From NCBI GenBank assembly GCA_947468665.1, contig CANILH010000001.1:23683-87682 (forward strand): a stretch of 64,000 nt of DNA, given 5' to 3'. Origin of the DNA: Oligoflexales bacterium. Lineage in GTDB: Bacteria; Bdellovibrionota_B; Oligoflexia; Oligoflexales; RGVZ01. Each line of letters starts with the position of its first letter. The stretch's first letter is position 1. A program made the translations under genes and the position numbers. This document shows, one piece after another, positions 50,637 to 60,862 of this stretch. A model generated the notes under the pieces. It worked only from the letters and a program-made list of their open reading frames with translations. It was not told the DNA's origin and did no database searches.

Positions 50637-51098
50637 TTAGTTAAAGTCGCTGATTGTCTCTGGGCGTAGAAAAACCAACCAGATGAGCATGGCGATGCCA
50701 ACTAAAAGTATAAAAATTAATATTGTTTTCACGCCGCGACTAAATGGGCTTTCTCCAAGAAGCGCGCGCATTTCCTCGGTATGAAGTGTCGGAATCGCCT
50801 GAGCCGACTTATAACCGGTTCTGGGCGTCATTGAAAGTTCAGCCTTTTCCCTTTTAGTTCGTTCCGCGGGTTTTTGGCCAGGTGATTCCTGTGAGTCTAC
50901 TTCTGACTCTGATTTGGATGGGGGCGTGTTATCAATCCGAGTGGACTCGCTTTGGTGGGTAAGTACGGTTTTTGAGAACTGTCTGGCACTTGGGTTAGCC
51001 CCCGGAAAACTGGCGTCAATGGCCTGATGAAGGTCCAATAGAACACGAGCGATTACTGTCTGTTCATCAGTTGGTTGGAATTCAAGTATTCGGCTCAT
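50637..51098 (-). CDS. Hypothetical tail-anchored membrane protein
   Basis: 153 aa. Soluble N-terminus of about 45 aa, then a Ser/Glu/Pro/Lys-rich low-complexity region, then a single C-terminal TM (ILIFILLVGIAMLIWLVFL). No family recognised. Confidence 0.45.
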   Translation of the reverse strand: MSRILEFQPTDEQTVIARVLLDLHQAIDASFPGANPSARQFSKTVLTHQSESTRIDNTPPSKSESEVDSQESPGQKPAERTKREKAELSMTPRTGYKSAQAIPTLHTEEMRALLGESPFSRGVKTILIFILLVGIAMLIWLVFLRPETISDFN

Positions 51099-51126
51099 GG
51101 GGTTTCCGTGTCAGGCAGAACATAAT

Positions 51127-51154
51127 AAAGGGAGGCCGTAACCGGCCTCCCTTT
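51127..51154 (-). terminator. Rho-independent terminator after secA
   Basis: 12-bp stem aaagggaggccg / cggcctcccttt with loop taac. On the minus strand it is followed by ATTATGTT (U-rich). It also resembles a terminator when read on the plus strand. Confidence 0.75.
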
Positions 51155-51192
51155 ATTGTAGCACTCAATAGTCTTTTTAGACCACAGTGCTC

Positions 51193-53838
51193 TTATTCAA
51201 CGACCTCTAGAGCACCGTGGCATTTTTTATATTTCTTACCGGATCCACAGGAACATGGGTCATTGCGGCCCACTTTTTCAGATGCCCGCCGCTGGGTTTG
51301 TGCGGGCGCCTTTACCGACGACTCCTGAGTGGAGCGGCTTCCATGATAAATCATACCATCTTCAGATGGCACGGAACCCGCGGGAGTTTGGGCTGGGACA
51401 GGAGCCATCATCGGAGCGGCATTGGGGTGCTTAAAGCTGAGTTCACCCTCGTCGGGCTCGTCAGCAGCGGGAACTGCAGAGGCGATCTGCGGCGCTTCCA
51501 TGTGAAGCATCGCCTGAGCGGTCTCGTCGTAGATCCTGGTCATCATTCCCTCAAATAGTCGGTAGGCTTCTTTCTTATACTCCTGGAGAGGGTCTCTTTG
51601 GCCGTAACTTCGCAGGCTGACGCTATCGCGTAGATTATCCATCCCCTGCAGGTTGTTTTTCCATGCGCGGTCAATAATTTGAAGGAATACATAGCTCTCG
51701 AGACGCCCAAGATTTTCCGCGCCAATGTGCTTAAATTTATTATTATACGCGGCCTCAATCTGCTCACTGACAAGCTTAGCCAATTCATCCTCGGCGACAG
51801 CGTCCCCACGCACAGACGAAAGATTAACATTCGTGCCGAGATCACTCCTTACCTGATGGATGATGGCCTGGATATTAAATCCCCCGCCTTTTTCAAGAGC
51901 GGCGTGTGTACCGACGATGCCAGTGACGAGATGTTTAATGGTTTCCGGTATGAATTCCAGTTGGTGCCCTGAGTGATTATGAAGGGCTTCGTTTCGGAGG
52001 CCATAAATCACCTGCCGCTGCTGATTCATGACATCGTCGTACTCAAGTAAGTGCTTCCGGCTCGAGAAGTTTTGTTCCTCAACACGCCTTTGAGCGCGCT
52101 CAATGGCCCTTGATACCATTGGTGAGACAATAGCTTCTCCTTCTTGCATACCGAGACGCTGCATGATTGAGCTCAGGCGATCGCTCGCGAAAATACGCAT
52201 CAAGTCATCTTCAAGGCTCAGGAAAAACTTTGACTCACCCGCGTCACCTTGCCGACCAGAGCGCCCGCGAAGCTGATTATCAATGCGGCGCGACTCATGA
52301 CGCTCCGTGCCGATAACATATAGCCCACCACCCTCACGTGATCCTGGCCCCAGAATGATATCAGTACCGCGCCCAGCCATGTTGGTTGAGATTGTGACGC
52401 GGCCAGAGGAGCCGGCGTCCCTGATAATTTCGGCTTCTCGGGCGTGATTTTTCGCGTTCAAGATTTCATGAGCGACACCGCGTTTTTTTAACAGCGCGGA
52501 AAGGAGCTCACTTTTTTCAACGGAAACCGTGCCAACCAATACAGGCTGACCACGTTTCTGCGCCTTCTCTATTTCATCTGCAATAATATTAAATTTCTCG
52601 CGTGCAGTCCGGTATACCTCGTCTTGATGATCCATCCGGATCATATTGCGGTTTGTTGGAATGCAAATAACGTCAAGGCCGTATATTTTCTTAAATTCGA
52701 CAGCCTCAGTGTCAGCGGTCCCTGTCATACCGGCAAGTTTTGAGTATAGTCGGAAGTAATTCTGAAATGTGACAGTTGCCATGGTCTGGGTCTCGCTTTG
52801 GACCTCTACATGTTCTTTGGCCTCAAGCGCCCCGTGCAGTCCGTCGCTATAGCGCCTTCCAGCCATAAGCCGGCCAGTGAATTCGTCTACGATAATCACT
52901 TTGCCGTCGCGAACAACGTAGTCAACGTCTTTTTTGAAAATTACATGGGCCTTCAGGGCCTGCTGGACGTGATGCAAATAGTCGATATTTTTCGGGTCGT
53001 AAAGGTTCTCGACCCGAAGACGTTTCTCAAGTTTGCTCATGCCGTCCTCGCTTAGAGAGACGACGCGGCTTTTTTCATCGACAAGATAATCGACGTCCTT
53101 TTGCAGGCCAGGAATAGCCGTATTCACCTTTACAAAGAGCTCGAGATTACTTTCGGCAGGACCGCTGATTATAAGCGGTGTCCTGGCCTCGTCAATTAAT
53201 ATGGAGTCAACCTCATCCACGATCGCGAAGTTATGTCCACGCTGAACAAAGCGAGAGAGATCAGTTTTCATATTGTCGCGAAGGTAATCGAACCCAAACT
53301 CATTATTCGTGCCGTAGGTAATATCGGCCGCGTAGCTTTGGCGGCGCTCGCTGTCAGTTAGGCCGTGTATGATAACTCCGGTGGTCATACCCAGGAAAGA
53401 ATACACCTTACCCATCTGTTCAGCGTCCCGTTGAGCGAGATAGTCGTTGACGGTTACCACGTGAACGCCTTTTCCTGAAAGTGCGTTCAAGTAAACAGGA
53501 GCTGTCGCGGTTAAGGTTTTGCCTTCGCCGGTCTTCATCTCGGAAATCTTACCTTCGTGCAAGACAGCGCCGCCAATGAGTTGAACATCATATTGACGCT
53601 CCCCGCGAACTCGCAGAGCAGCTTCCCGCGCGAGAGCGAACGCTTCGGCCAGGAGACTGTCAAGAGCGGCTCCCTTTGCGACGCGATCTTTTAATTCCGC
53701 GGTCCTTTGCGGGAACTCATCGTCACGCAAAGCTTTTATTGCTGGTTCCATTAAATTAACTTGCTGGATCAATACCCGGATCCGCTTTACCTCGCGGTCA
53801 TTTTTGGAGCCAAATATTTTCTTAGCGAACTGGAGCAT
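51193..53838 (-). CDS. secA: Preprotein translocase ATPase SecA
   Basis: 881 aa. MKTGEGKTL (Walker A), [15 protein letters not shown] (DEAD-like), [10 protein letters not shown], and the C-terminal zinc finger [14 protein letters not shown]. Confidence 0.98.
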   Translation of the reverse strand: MLQFAKKIFGSKNDREVKRIRVLIQQVNLMEPAIKALRDDEFPQRTAELKDRVAKGAALDSLLAEAFALAREAALRVRGERQYDVQLIGGAVLHEGKISEMKTGEGKTLTATAPVYLNALSGKGVHVVTVNDYLAQRDAEQMGKVYSFLGMTTGVIIHGLTDSERRQSYAADITYGTNNEFGFDYLRDNMKTDLSRFVQRGHNFAIVDEVDSILIDEARTPLIISGPAESNLELFVKVNTAIPGLQKDVDYLVDEKSRVVSLSEDGMSKLEKRLRVENLYDPKNIDYLHHVQQALKAHVIFKKDVDYVVRDGKVIIVDEFTGRLMAGRRYSDGLHGALEAKEHVEVQSETQTMATVTFQNYFRLYSKLAGMTGTADTEAVEFKKIYGLDVICIPTNRNMIRMDHQDEVYRTAREKFNIIADEIEKAQKRGQPVLVGTVSVEKSELLSALLKKRGVAHEILNAKNHAREAEIIRDAGSSGRVTISTNMAGRGTDIILGPGSREGGGLYVIGTERHESRRIDNQLRGRSGRQGDAGESKFFLSLEDDLMRIFASDRLSSIMQRLGMQEGEAIVSPMVSRAIERAQRRVEEQNFSSRKHLLEYDDVMNQQRQVIYGLRNEALHNHSGHQLEFIPETIKHLVTGIVGTHAALEKGGGFNIQAIIHQVRSDLGTNVNLSSVRGDAVAEDELAKLVSEQIEAAYNNKFKHIGAENLGRLESYVFLQIIDRAWKNNLQGMDNLRDSVSLRSYGQRDPLQEYKKEAYRLFEGMMTRIYDETAQAMLHMEAPQIASAVPAADEPDEGELSFKHPNAAPMMAPVPAQTPAGSVPSEDGMIYHGSRSTQESSVKAPAQTQRRASEKVGRNDPCSCGSGKKYKKCHGALEVVE

Positions 53839-53910
53839 GCGTTATGACCTCGTACAGATGGCTGGGTGCGGGTTTCACACACCAGTAGGGTCACCTATTA
53901 TATACGATTT

Positions 53911-54876
53911 TCAGTGCGCTGCTATTGATAAGTCATTGCTATTCAGAATGAATTTTTTAGGGTCGACGACCCTTCCATTGACGGCGACTTCATAGTGAAG
54001 GTGTGGTCCGGTGGACCGTCCAGAGTCACCGACAGTAGCGATTTGATCGCCTCTGTGAATAACCTGCCCCGGGCTGACTAAGTTTTGAGCATTATGCCCA
54101 TAACCAGTAACGACGCCGTATCCGTGAGCAATCATTACGAAGTTCCCGAATCCATTACGTTTTCCGGAGAAAACCACAACTCCGTCAGCGGGTGCGTATA
54201 TTGGCGTTCCGCTGGGGGCGGCGACATCAAGCCCTTTGTGGACAGCGGGCTCACCGGTAAAGGGGCTTGAGCGTTGTCCAAATCCGCTGGTAATCCAGCC
54301 GTCCACCGGCGCGAGTGAGGGCACTGATGAGAGAAGGGTCTTTTGTTGAGAAAGCCGGCTGATAATCTGTTGTAAATCAAAAACCCCTTTCTGACTGTTC
54401 AGAGTTATCGAGTCAAGTCGGGCAAAAACAGGCTTAAACACTAAGCGGTCGAAATCCACGTCTCCCGGTAGCGATGAATGTGTCTCTGATACGATGGAGG
54501 AAGTGCCCGGGGCTGGGGTGGCGTTAGTGTTGATGGCAGAAAGTCCAGTGCGTTTGGTTAACGACTGGGTCTGAAGATTAGTTATCTCGGCGAGCTTTGC
54601 GGAGTACTCTTTTACTTTTCTTAGTGAGGAGCGAACCTCATCGAGATTTGTCATCAGTATCCGAGCCTCGCCTTTTAGCGAACGGTCATCTTGAAGCGCT
54701 TGCAAATACGAGGAACGAAGATTTCGCATATGAATATAATCAGCTACCGTGTAGCCGAAAAAAATCAGGCCAATCATCCCGAAAATTTTTCCAACCAGTA
54801 AAGACCGGTAAGAGACGCTATAGCGTTTCGAGCCGGCCGTACCTTCGGGAATTATGACAACTGTATATTTGCGCAC
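53911..54876 (-). CDS. M23 (LytM) family metallo-endopeptidase with an N-terminal TM and a coiled-coil region
   Basis: HKGLDVAAPSGTPIYAPADGVV (HxxxD) and GPHLHYEV (HxH) are intact. N-terminal TM GKIFGMIGLIFFGY. Confidence 0.88.
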   Translation of the reverse strand: MRKYTVVIIPEGTAGSKRYSVSYRSLLVGKIFGMIGLIFFGYTVADYIHMRNLRSSYLQALQDDRSLKGEARILMTNLDEVRSSLRKVKEYSAKLAEITNLQTQSLTKRTGLSAINTNATPAPGTSSIVSETHSSLPGDVDFDRLVFKPVFARLDSITLNSQKGVFDLQQIISRLSQQKTLLSSVPSLAPVDGWITSGFGQRSSPFTGEPAVHKGLDVAAPSGTPIYAPADGVVVFSGKRNGFGNFVMIAHGYGVVTGYGHNAQNLVSPGQVIHRGDQIATVGDSGRSTGPHLHYEVAVNGRVVDPKKFILNSNDLSIAAH

Positions 54877-54931
54877 GGCAGCCCTCTTAAGAATTTCTCA
54901 ATTCCTTCAGAGGGTTTTCGGCTGTTTTAAA

Positions 54932-55735
54932 TTAAACTTTAACCTGGCAGACAATAACGGAAATATTGTCATCTCCGCCCCGTGAGTTTGCCTCAGCGAT
55001 AAGATGGTCTACTGCCAAAAGTCCGTAGTTTTTGCAGTAATTTGAAATCGTTTCCTCGGAGACTCGCCCGTGAAGCCCATCACTGCACAGCAGAATCAGG
55101 TCGCCGTCCTCGAGCTCCAGAACGTACGTGTCAACATCCTCGTGCTCCTGATAGCCAACACTTCTGGTGATAACATTACGCAGATGATGGTGCTCAGCCT
55201 CCTCTTTGGTGATGATACCTGCGCGTATTTGCTCGCTTACCAAACTGTGGTCGGTTGTAATTTGGTAAATATAGCCACAACGAATCAAATAGAGCCTGCT
55301 ATCGCCAACATGGGCACATATCAATGATTGGCCGACCACGTGGGCAACGGTGGCGGTGGTCCCCATGCCCTTAAGAGACGGCTCTTCAAGGGCACGCTCA
55401 TAAATACGCATCGACGCGTGATTAATCGAGTCAGCGACCGTGCTTGCTGCCAGGCTAAGGTCCGGTCGTTCTGCGGAGATGAGCGACGCCAGGTTCGCGT
55501 CAAGATAAGAGCGAATATTCAGTACTGCCAGCGAACTCGCCACTTCCCCGCCCGCATGGCCGCCCATTCCATCAGCGACAATAAAGAGCGAGCGTTTACT
55601 GTCACAAAGATAGGAATCCTGGTTTGTAGACCGGACGCGGCCAATGTGTGTATTACCACTGCCTGAGATTTGAAACGAGTCCACGCTCACAAAAATCCCT
55701 CCCGAATGGGTGATCGATTGCTTCAAGCCTAACAT
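54932..55735 (-). CDS. PP2C-family Ser/Thr protein phosphatase
   Basis: RSTNQDS, VADGMGGHAGGEVAS, CSDGLHG and GGDDNISV: the PPM signature set. Confidence 0.9.
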   Translation of the reverse strand: MLGLKQSITHSGGIFVSVDSFQISGSGNTHIGRVRSTNQDSYLCDSKRSLFIVADGMGGHAGGEVASSLAVLNIRSYLDANLASLISAERPDLSLAASTVADSINHASMRIYERALEEPSLKGMGTTATVAHVVGQSLICAHVGDSRLYLIRCGYIYQITTDHSLVSEQIRAGIITKEEAEHHHLRNVITRSVGYQEHEDVDTYVLELEDGDLILLCSDGLHGRVSEETISNYCKNYGLLAVDHLIAEANSRGGDDNISVIVCQVKV

Positions 55736-55744
55736 ATTTTACGA

Positions 55745-56308
55745 TCATTTACCGTTGATGTAACGTCCAGCCAGCATAATACAAAGACAGGCGAGCGAAT
55801 GGTTGATTTGCCCGGTTCTTACCATGTAATCCAATTCATGGGTATCATACAATTCGATTGTAATGCGTTCATCGGAATCGGGAAAGTGCTTGCGATTAGC
55901 TGCCGGAAGACAGCCCATGGCAACGAAAAAATGACAACGATTATTCATTATGGCGGGATTTGGGTTAATGCAGCCCAGAGGTAAAAATCTCTGACTCACA
56001 AAGCCGGTTTCTTCCTCGAGCTCTCTTGCTGCGGCCATTGTAGAATCTTTCTCGCCCGGATCTATGACGCCGCCCGGGGTTTCTAACACAAAACTCATTG
56101 AACCAACCCGTGGTTGACGGATCAAAATAACGCGGCCATCCGCTGTAATGGGAAGGACATTAACCCAGTCCGGCGCTGCCAGCCGAAAGTAGCTATGCTG
56201 TGGCTTGAGATCATCAGTTTCAAAGGAGACCTCCTCAACATCAAATGGCCTCGTGGTAAAAACTACTTTTTGATCAATAAGCCGCATGCTTAGCTCCTTT
56301 TGTTGCAA
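55745..56308 (-). CDS. NUDIX hydrolase (ADP-ribose-pyrophosphatase-like)
   Basis: Nudix box GGVIDPGEKDSTMAAARELEEETG. 187 aa. ATG 56287 (MRLIDQK..) is an alternative start. Confidence 0.85.
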   Translation of the reverse strand: MQQKELSMRLIDQKVVFTTRPFDVEEVSFETDDLKPQHSYFRLAAPDWVNVLPITADGRVILIRQPRVGSMSFVLETPGGVIDPGEKDSTMAAARELEEETGFVSQRFLPLGCINPNPAIMNNRCHFFVAMGCLPAANRKHFPDSDERITIELYDTHELDYMVRTGQINHSLACLCIMLAGRYINGK

Positions 56309-56894
56309 AGCCCAGTCGCGGTAATTCCCTTGCCAGGAAACTCGCGGTTAATTTAGATGCGGCAATAAAATTCGCCGCCCACTGCTCGTGGGCTTGAGGA
56401 CCGATCGCGTTGGTTGAAGCTACTATAGCGGTAAAAGATTTGGCGACGGGGAGCCACGCGCGAGCAACGCCGTAAAGTTCGATCGTCTCGAGGGGCTCAC
56501 CTGATGAAGGTGACTTGTCGATTTCCCTTGAAATGCCGAGACTTCCATAAACCGCCCGCTCTGGCAACATCATGGGCAGACATGTAAAACTTAGTTTTGG
56601 CTCGTACTGATTTAGCAGATAAGTAGCACCATTTCGCACGTCATGAGGCGCTAATTCCACGGAAATGGCGCGAAACATCTCGACAGTCGAAAAAGAACCG
56701 ATAACGCCGCCGGTGCAACAAAAAATAACATCCCGACCTGAAACAAGGTCTCGCAGCCTAGAAGCCACTATTGAGGACTCGGTAAGGCCAACTCCGGTAT
56801 TAACAACCGTAGCCTCGATACCGAGCCCAGAAAGAGAATCTATCACCGGAGAGATCTCAAATTGAGCGGCGCTGGCGATAATCAGTCGGGGCAT
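56274..56894 (-). CDS. PNP/UDP-phosphorylase-fold nucleosidase (futalosine hydrolase MqnB / MTA nucleosidase-like)
   Basis: 206 aa. RLIIASAAQFE..NTGVGLTESSI..FCCTGGVIGSF..ELYGVARA..VASTNAIGP follows the block order of the PNP_UDP_1 fold. The specific substrate is not determinable by eye. Confidence 0.5.
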   Translation of the reverse strand: MPRLIIASAAQFEISPVIDSLSGLGIEATVVNTGVGLTESSIVASRLRDLVSGRDVIFCCTGGVIGSFSTVEMFRAISVELAPHDVRNGATYLLNQYEPKLSFTCLPMMLPERAVYGSLGISREIDKSPSSGEPLETIELYGVARAWLPVAKSFTAIVASTNAIGPQAHEQWAANFIAASKLTASFLARELPRLGFATKGAKHAAY

Positions 56895-56896
56895 GT

Positions 56897-58594
56897 TTAA
56901 ACCGGGATGAGTGAGCAGATGACAACAGGTTTTTTCCTGAAAGCCTGAAATAAATATCGACGAATCTCGATCCTGGCGTGCTCCTCCAAGGCGTCTTGTT
57001 TTGTGTCCCGGGATGACACCGCGTGCTTAAAGCCTTTTTTGGTGGCCGCCAGTATGGCTCGCTCAAATTCCTCAAAAGGTGCCCCCTTTGGGGCCACCAA
57101 ACCCTGAACAGAAACCTGTGGTGTTCCGAGTAGACTCATCTCGGCGCGGTCAAAAGCCGCCGTCACAACTACAAGACCAAGCTCACCGACCCGTAACCTT
57201 TCCCGAAGTACGTCATAGGGGAGAAGCTCCATCGACTCACTATCGACAAACAAATGATTGATGTTAATCCTATCCGAGATCACGATGCCTGCTGGATCAA
57301 CATCAATCACATCACCATTTTCGATGATGTAACTTCTTGACTCCTTCAGGCCTGCCTCCGCGGGAACTTTTGAGTTGCTTGTCAGGTGACTGAATGTTCC
57401 GTGGACAGGAATAAAGTGCTTGGGGCGAAGAGCCTTCACAAGGTCTTTTAACTCCTCTCTGTAGCCGTGGCCACTAACGTGAATCAGTGGGTCATTCCGG
57501 CCAGAAAAAATTCTCGCGCCGCGGCGCTCGAGAAGGCTCATCATATACTGAATTACCCGCTCGTTGCCGGGGATAGTCCTGCTGCTGAAAACGACGAGGT
57601 CTCCCGGACAAATGGAGAATTGTTTATGCTCACCATTGGCCATTCGCATTATTGCTGATCGCCATTCTCCCTGACTGCCGGTAGCTATGACGCAAAGGCC
57701 AGACCGGTCCATCGTGCTGGCCTGGCTCGAATTTATAATCAAACCGCTGGGTGGCTGGAACATCCCAAGTTCACCGGCGACCTTAAGGCAATTATCCAGT
57801 CCGGCTCCAAGTATCAAGGCCTTCCGGCCGCTTGCCTCACAGGCATCCAAAATGGTCTTAAGCCGAAAGAAATTACTGCTGAAGGTGGTAACGACGACAG
57901 CGCCCTTTCCTGCCTCAGCGAAAGCACTCTTCATAGGCTCTAGGACTAAGCCCTCCGAGGGACTGTAGCCCTTTACATGTGAGTTCGTACTATCCGCGAG
58001 TAATAGGTGAACGCCCTCTTTTCCTAGGCCTTCAAGGTATTTGATGTTAACGGGCTTCTCAATGACCGGCGTGAAATCAAATTTAAAATCGCCAGTATGG
58101 AAAATATTAAAGGAGCCCTGCCGGATCATCAAACCACAGGCGTCGGGAATACTATGGTTAAACGGCACAAATTCAATTGAAAAGTCCTCACATTCGACAC
58201 GGTCACCGGGTAGGACGACATGAACGGGATATTTCGTTGCGATCCCTTTTCTCGAGAGCTTGTTGGCGATTAACTTTGCCGTCCAGGGTGTCGTGTAGAC
58301 AGGACCAGGCCAGCGATCGAGCATAAACGGAAGGGCGCCGATATGATCCTCGTGACCATGGGTCATAATATATGCGTAAACTCCACCAAATTGCTCGATC
58401 CATGGGGCCATGTCTGGAAACAGCGACTCGACACCGAGTTTTGAGGGATCCGGGAAACTCACGCCGGCATCTACCAGATATAGCCGGTCATCGCAGATGT
58501 AACCGGTCATGTTCATCCCAAATTCTCCGCACCCACCGAAAGGAATGATGCGAATAGAATTGCTTTTAAAATTTGTAATTTCTGGATTTTTCAT
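56897..58594 (-). CDS. rnj: Ribonuclease J (metallo-beta-lactamase / beta-CASP RNase)
   Basis: 565 aa. IRIIPFGGCGEFGMN, THGHEDHIGALPF (HxHxDH), ADSTN and HVSGHG. Confidence 0.92.
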   Translation of the reverse strand: MKNPEITNFKSNSIRIIPFGGCGEFGMNMTGYICDDRLYLVDAGVSFPDPSKLGVESLFPDMAPWIEQFGGVYAYIMTHGHEDHIGALPFMLDRWPGPVYTTPWTAKLIANKLSRKGIATKYPVHVVLPGDRVECEDFSIEFVPFNHSIPDACGLMIRQGSFNIFHTGDFKFDFTPVIEKPVNIKYLEGLGKEGVHLLLADSTNSHVKGYSPSEGLVLEPMKSAFAEAGKGAVVVTTFSSNFFRLKTILDACEASGRKALILGAGLDNCLKVAGELGMFQPPSGLIINSSQASTMDRSGLCVIATGSQGEWRSAIMRMANGEHKQFSICPGDLVVFSSRTIPGNERVIQYMMSLLERRGARIFSGRNDPLIHVSGHGYREELKDLVKALRPKHFIPVHGTFSHLTSNSKVPAEAGLKESRSYIIENGDVIDVDPAGIVISDRININHLFVDSESMELLPYDVLRERLRVGELGLVVVTAAFDRAEMSLLGTPQVSVQGLVAPKGAPFEEFERAILAATKKGFKHAVSSRDTKQDALEEHARIEIRRYLFQAFRKKPVVICSLIPV

Positions 58595-58670
58595 CTTTGG
58601 CTTTCAAAATAAGCTCAGATTCAGGTGAACTAGAATGTCACCGCCCGAGTGTGATTAGAATGGCGTTAGG

Positions 58671-60299
58671 TTACCCTTTGTCCCGGGAGAACTCAAACGG
58701 ATAGCGCACCTCAACAGATCCACCAAGGGGTTTAGGAAACTTCCATGTTGCGATTTTATCATGAACACAGCGGACTAGCTCTTCGTCCTTGATGGAGGAT
58801 TTTAAGAGGTCTATTCCCGCGATTTTCCCCCGTGAGTCAATGAGCCAGCGCCACTCCATTGATCCCTTAGCGGCTTGATTGCGCCTAAGCGCCAATTCAT
58901 AACAAAGACGAAGCTGATACCTGCCAGCACTGACTGTGCGCTCAACGTCCGATGGCTCAATGTGGCCACCAACGGGTTCCTTAATTCTGACAACACTCTT
59001 GACTGGAGCGCCCCAAGTCGAGGCTTTCAGCGCGGACAAGGCCCCGAAGGCATCGGCCCGAAACTCCGGCATCAGCCAGACGAGGCCGTCTTGTGTCAAG
59101 GGCGAGCCAACGAGAGGCGCACAGCAGTTTACGGCACCGGTACGAAGTCTTTCTTTGCCAAACAAATCGATTTGGGCGAGAGCGGCGTGAGTCGCAGCGC
59201 CCTCGGCCTGGGCAACCTGCATTTTTTCATCTGTCTCAAGTCCGGCATAACTATTAGCGATACCGGCCAGGGCATCCTTGAATTTATCACCTTTATTGTG
59301 ATTGTCGTATTTATATCCGATCTCCTGCAAATACTCAGCGGCGACGGATACGCGTCTCGCCACAAGCTCGTCGGCTGAGGTGGAGATAATCCCGATCTTA
59401 TCCAGGGCTCGAAGCGCGCGCCCATTGAGGCTCTCACCGCGAGCTGTCGGAACACTCAGGCTGCCGTGTCTACCAGCCGCTTTAACCTGTTTTCTCTGGT
59501 GAAGCTCCGAGGCCTCAAATGCTGAACGCTGTTCCTCAGCTAACTTGCTATATTCGGCGACCGTTGTTGAGAACACTCCCGAGGATTCACGAGGTGCCTT
59601 GCCAAATGAGACAACATCCGCGAAGTCGGTGTAATAATTCCAGACACTGTGAATAAAGTTAAGTCGATCAAGGCTTGCCTGCATTACATTAGGCGCTACC
59701 GCGAGATGTTTATAGGAAATGAAAGGAAGCAGCGTTTCACCTGGGAGCTCTTGGATTCCTTTATATAGGTCGTTTTCTCGCCCCATCAGCGTTACGTGGG
59801 CGCTGATCGCGATAATGCCGGCCGCTACAGCGGAGATCCCAAGAGTGGTGAGTTCTGTGGTTCCGGTCACGAAAAAAGACATAAAAGATCCAGAATAACC
59901 GCGGGCCGGGCGAACCGAAGCGCCCATTTTCATGTTCTTAGCCCCAACCCGTATAGCCACCGACATAGACTGAAGGCGGAGACTTGCGGACGTTGAGTTC
60001 GTAATCTCAAATAGCGTTTTGCCTGGTTTTTGTGAATTTAATATTGTCGTAGAAGACCCATCCGAAATAACACCGTCCCACGGCAGATCTGGATTTAAAA
60101 CAAGCCCAAATCTTGATTTTTGAATGATCTCAAGCTCGTCCCATCTAGGCCAGACAACCGACTTAACATCGCAGAGAAATCCCCGACCTGCAGTAACACC
60201 CCGGGAGGATTTGAAGGGACGCGAATATGTGCCTAGCTCCGCTCCACCGAAGTAAATAGCGACGTGTAAGTAGGCCTTGTTGTTTTTTGAGGCGACCAT
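58671..60299 (-). CDS. Bitopic protein with a C-terminal TonB_C-like domain of the AgmX/PglI type
   Basis: 542 aa. N-terminal region of about 135 aa, TM at about aa 140-172 (FMSFFVTGTTELTTLGISAVAAGIIAISAHV), periplasmic region of about 270 aa. The C-terminus reads LRLCYELALRRNQAAKGSMEWRWLIDSRGKIAGIDLLKSSIKDEELVRCVHDKIATWKFPKPLGGSVEVRYPFEF. It is the last gene after ExbB/ExbD-like genes. Confidence 0.65.
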   Translation of the reverse strand: MVASKNNKAYLHVAIYFGGAELGTYSRPFKSSRGVTAGRGFLCDVKSVVWPRWDELEIIQKSRFGLVLNPDLPWDGVISDGSSTTILNSQKPGKTLFEITNSTSASLRLQSMSVAIRVGAKNMKMGASVRPARGYSGSFMSFFVTGTTELTTLGISAVAAGIIAISAHVTLMGRENDLYKGIQELPGETLLPFISYKHLAVAPNVMQASLDRLNFIHSVWNYYTDFADVVSFGKAPRESSGVFSTTVAEYSKLAEEQRSAFEASELHQRKQVKAAGRHGSLSVPTARGESLNGRALRALDKIGIISTSADELVARRVSVAAEYLQEIGYKYDNHNKGDKFKDALAGIANSYAGLETDEKMQVAQAEGAATHAALAQIDLFGKERLRTGAVNCCAPLVGSPLTQDGLVWLMPEFRADAFGALSALKASTWGAPVKSVVRIKEPVGGHIEPSDVERTVSAGRYQLRLCYELALRRNQAAKGSMEWRWLIDSRGKIAGIDLLKSSIKDEELVRCVHDKIATWKFPKPLGGSVEVRYPFEFSRDKG

Positions 60300-60340
60300 T
60301 TAAAACGAACTCCCATATAACAATTCTAAAACGCAACTGC

Positions 60341-60862
60341 TTAGCGGAGAACCCTTGTCTCAAATCCGTATTTGGAAAATCCGGCTCCGGCCAGGGCGAA
60401 AATCACCGGCCGGATATGATGATAGGTTAGGCCCTGATCGACAGAAAGCGCAGCGACTCCACGCACTTCATCTACCTGCCCGCGGCGCACGGAATCCCTG
60501 ACGATCTCCTCAGCGCGTTGTCGCAGGTAAAACTGCAGTTTCTCCAAGTCCTCATCCCCTGGACCCTCAACTGACCATGAAAAAACCTGACCATCTGAAA
60601 CTGTTATAACCAGCTTTTCCTTCTTTACAGCTAAGCTCAGCCACACCTCATGGTCGGGTGAAATTTCGCTGATTTTCTCAAGTGGCTTTCCAACGCCGAA
60701 TAAACGAGGAGCCGTCTGAAACCCGACATAGATCGTAAGTATGGTGACGATGAAAAACGGAATGAACAGTAAGCTGACGTGCAGCGGATTTTCTCGCGAC
60801 AGTCTCTCGGCTTGTCGTAAAAACGCCGGTTTTGCGCCGCCCAGGCGATGAACATGCCTCAA
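60341..60862 (-). CDS. ExbD/TolR-family protein (second copy; TTG start)
   Basis: 173 aa with an N-terminal TM (LLFIPFFIVTILTIYVGF) and a periplasmic domain ending in LSVDQGLTYHHIRPVIFALAGAGFSKYGFE, the ExbD-like closing block. 4-nt overlap with the upstream gene. Confidence 0.65.
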   Translation of the reverse strand: MRHVHRLGGAKPAFLRQAERLSRENPLHVSLLFIPFFIVTILTIYVGFQTAPRLFGVGKPLEKISEISPDHEVWLSLAVKKEKLVITVSDGQVFSWSVEGPGDEDLEKLQFYLRQRAEEIVRDSVRRGQVDEVRGVAALSVDQGLTYHHIRPVIFALAGAGFSKYGFETRVLR

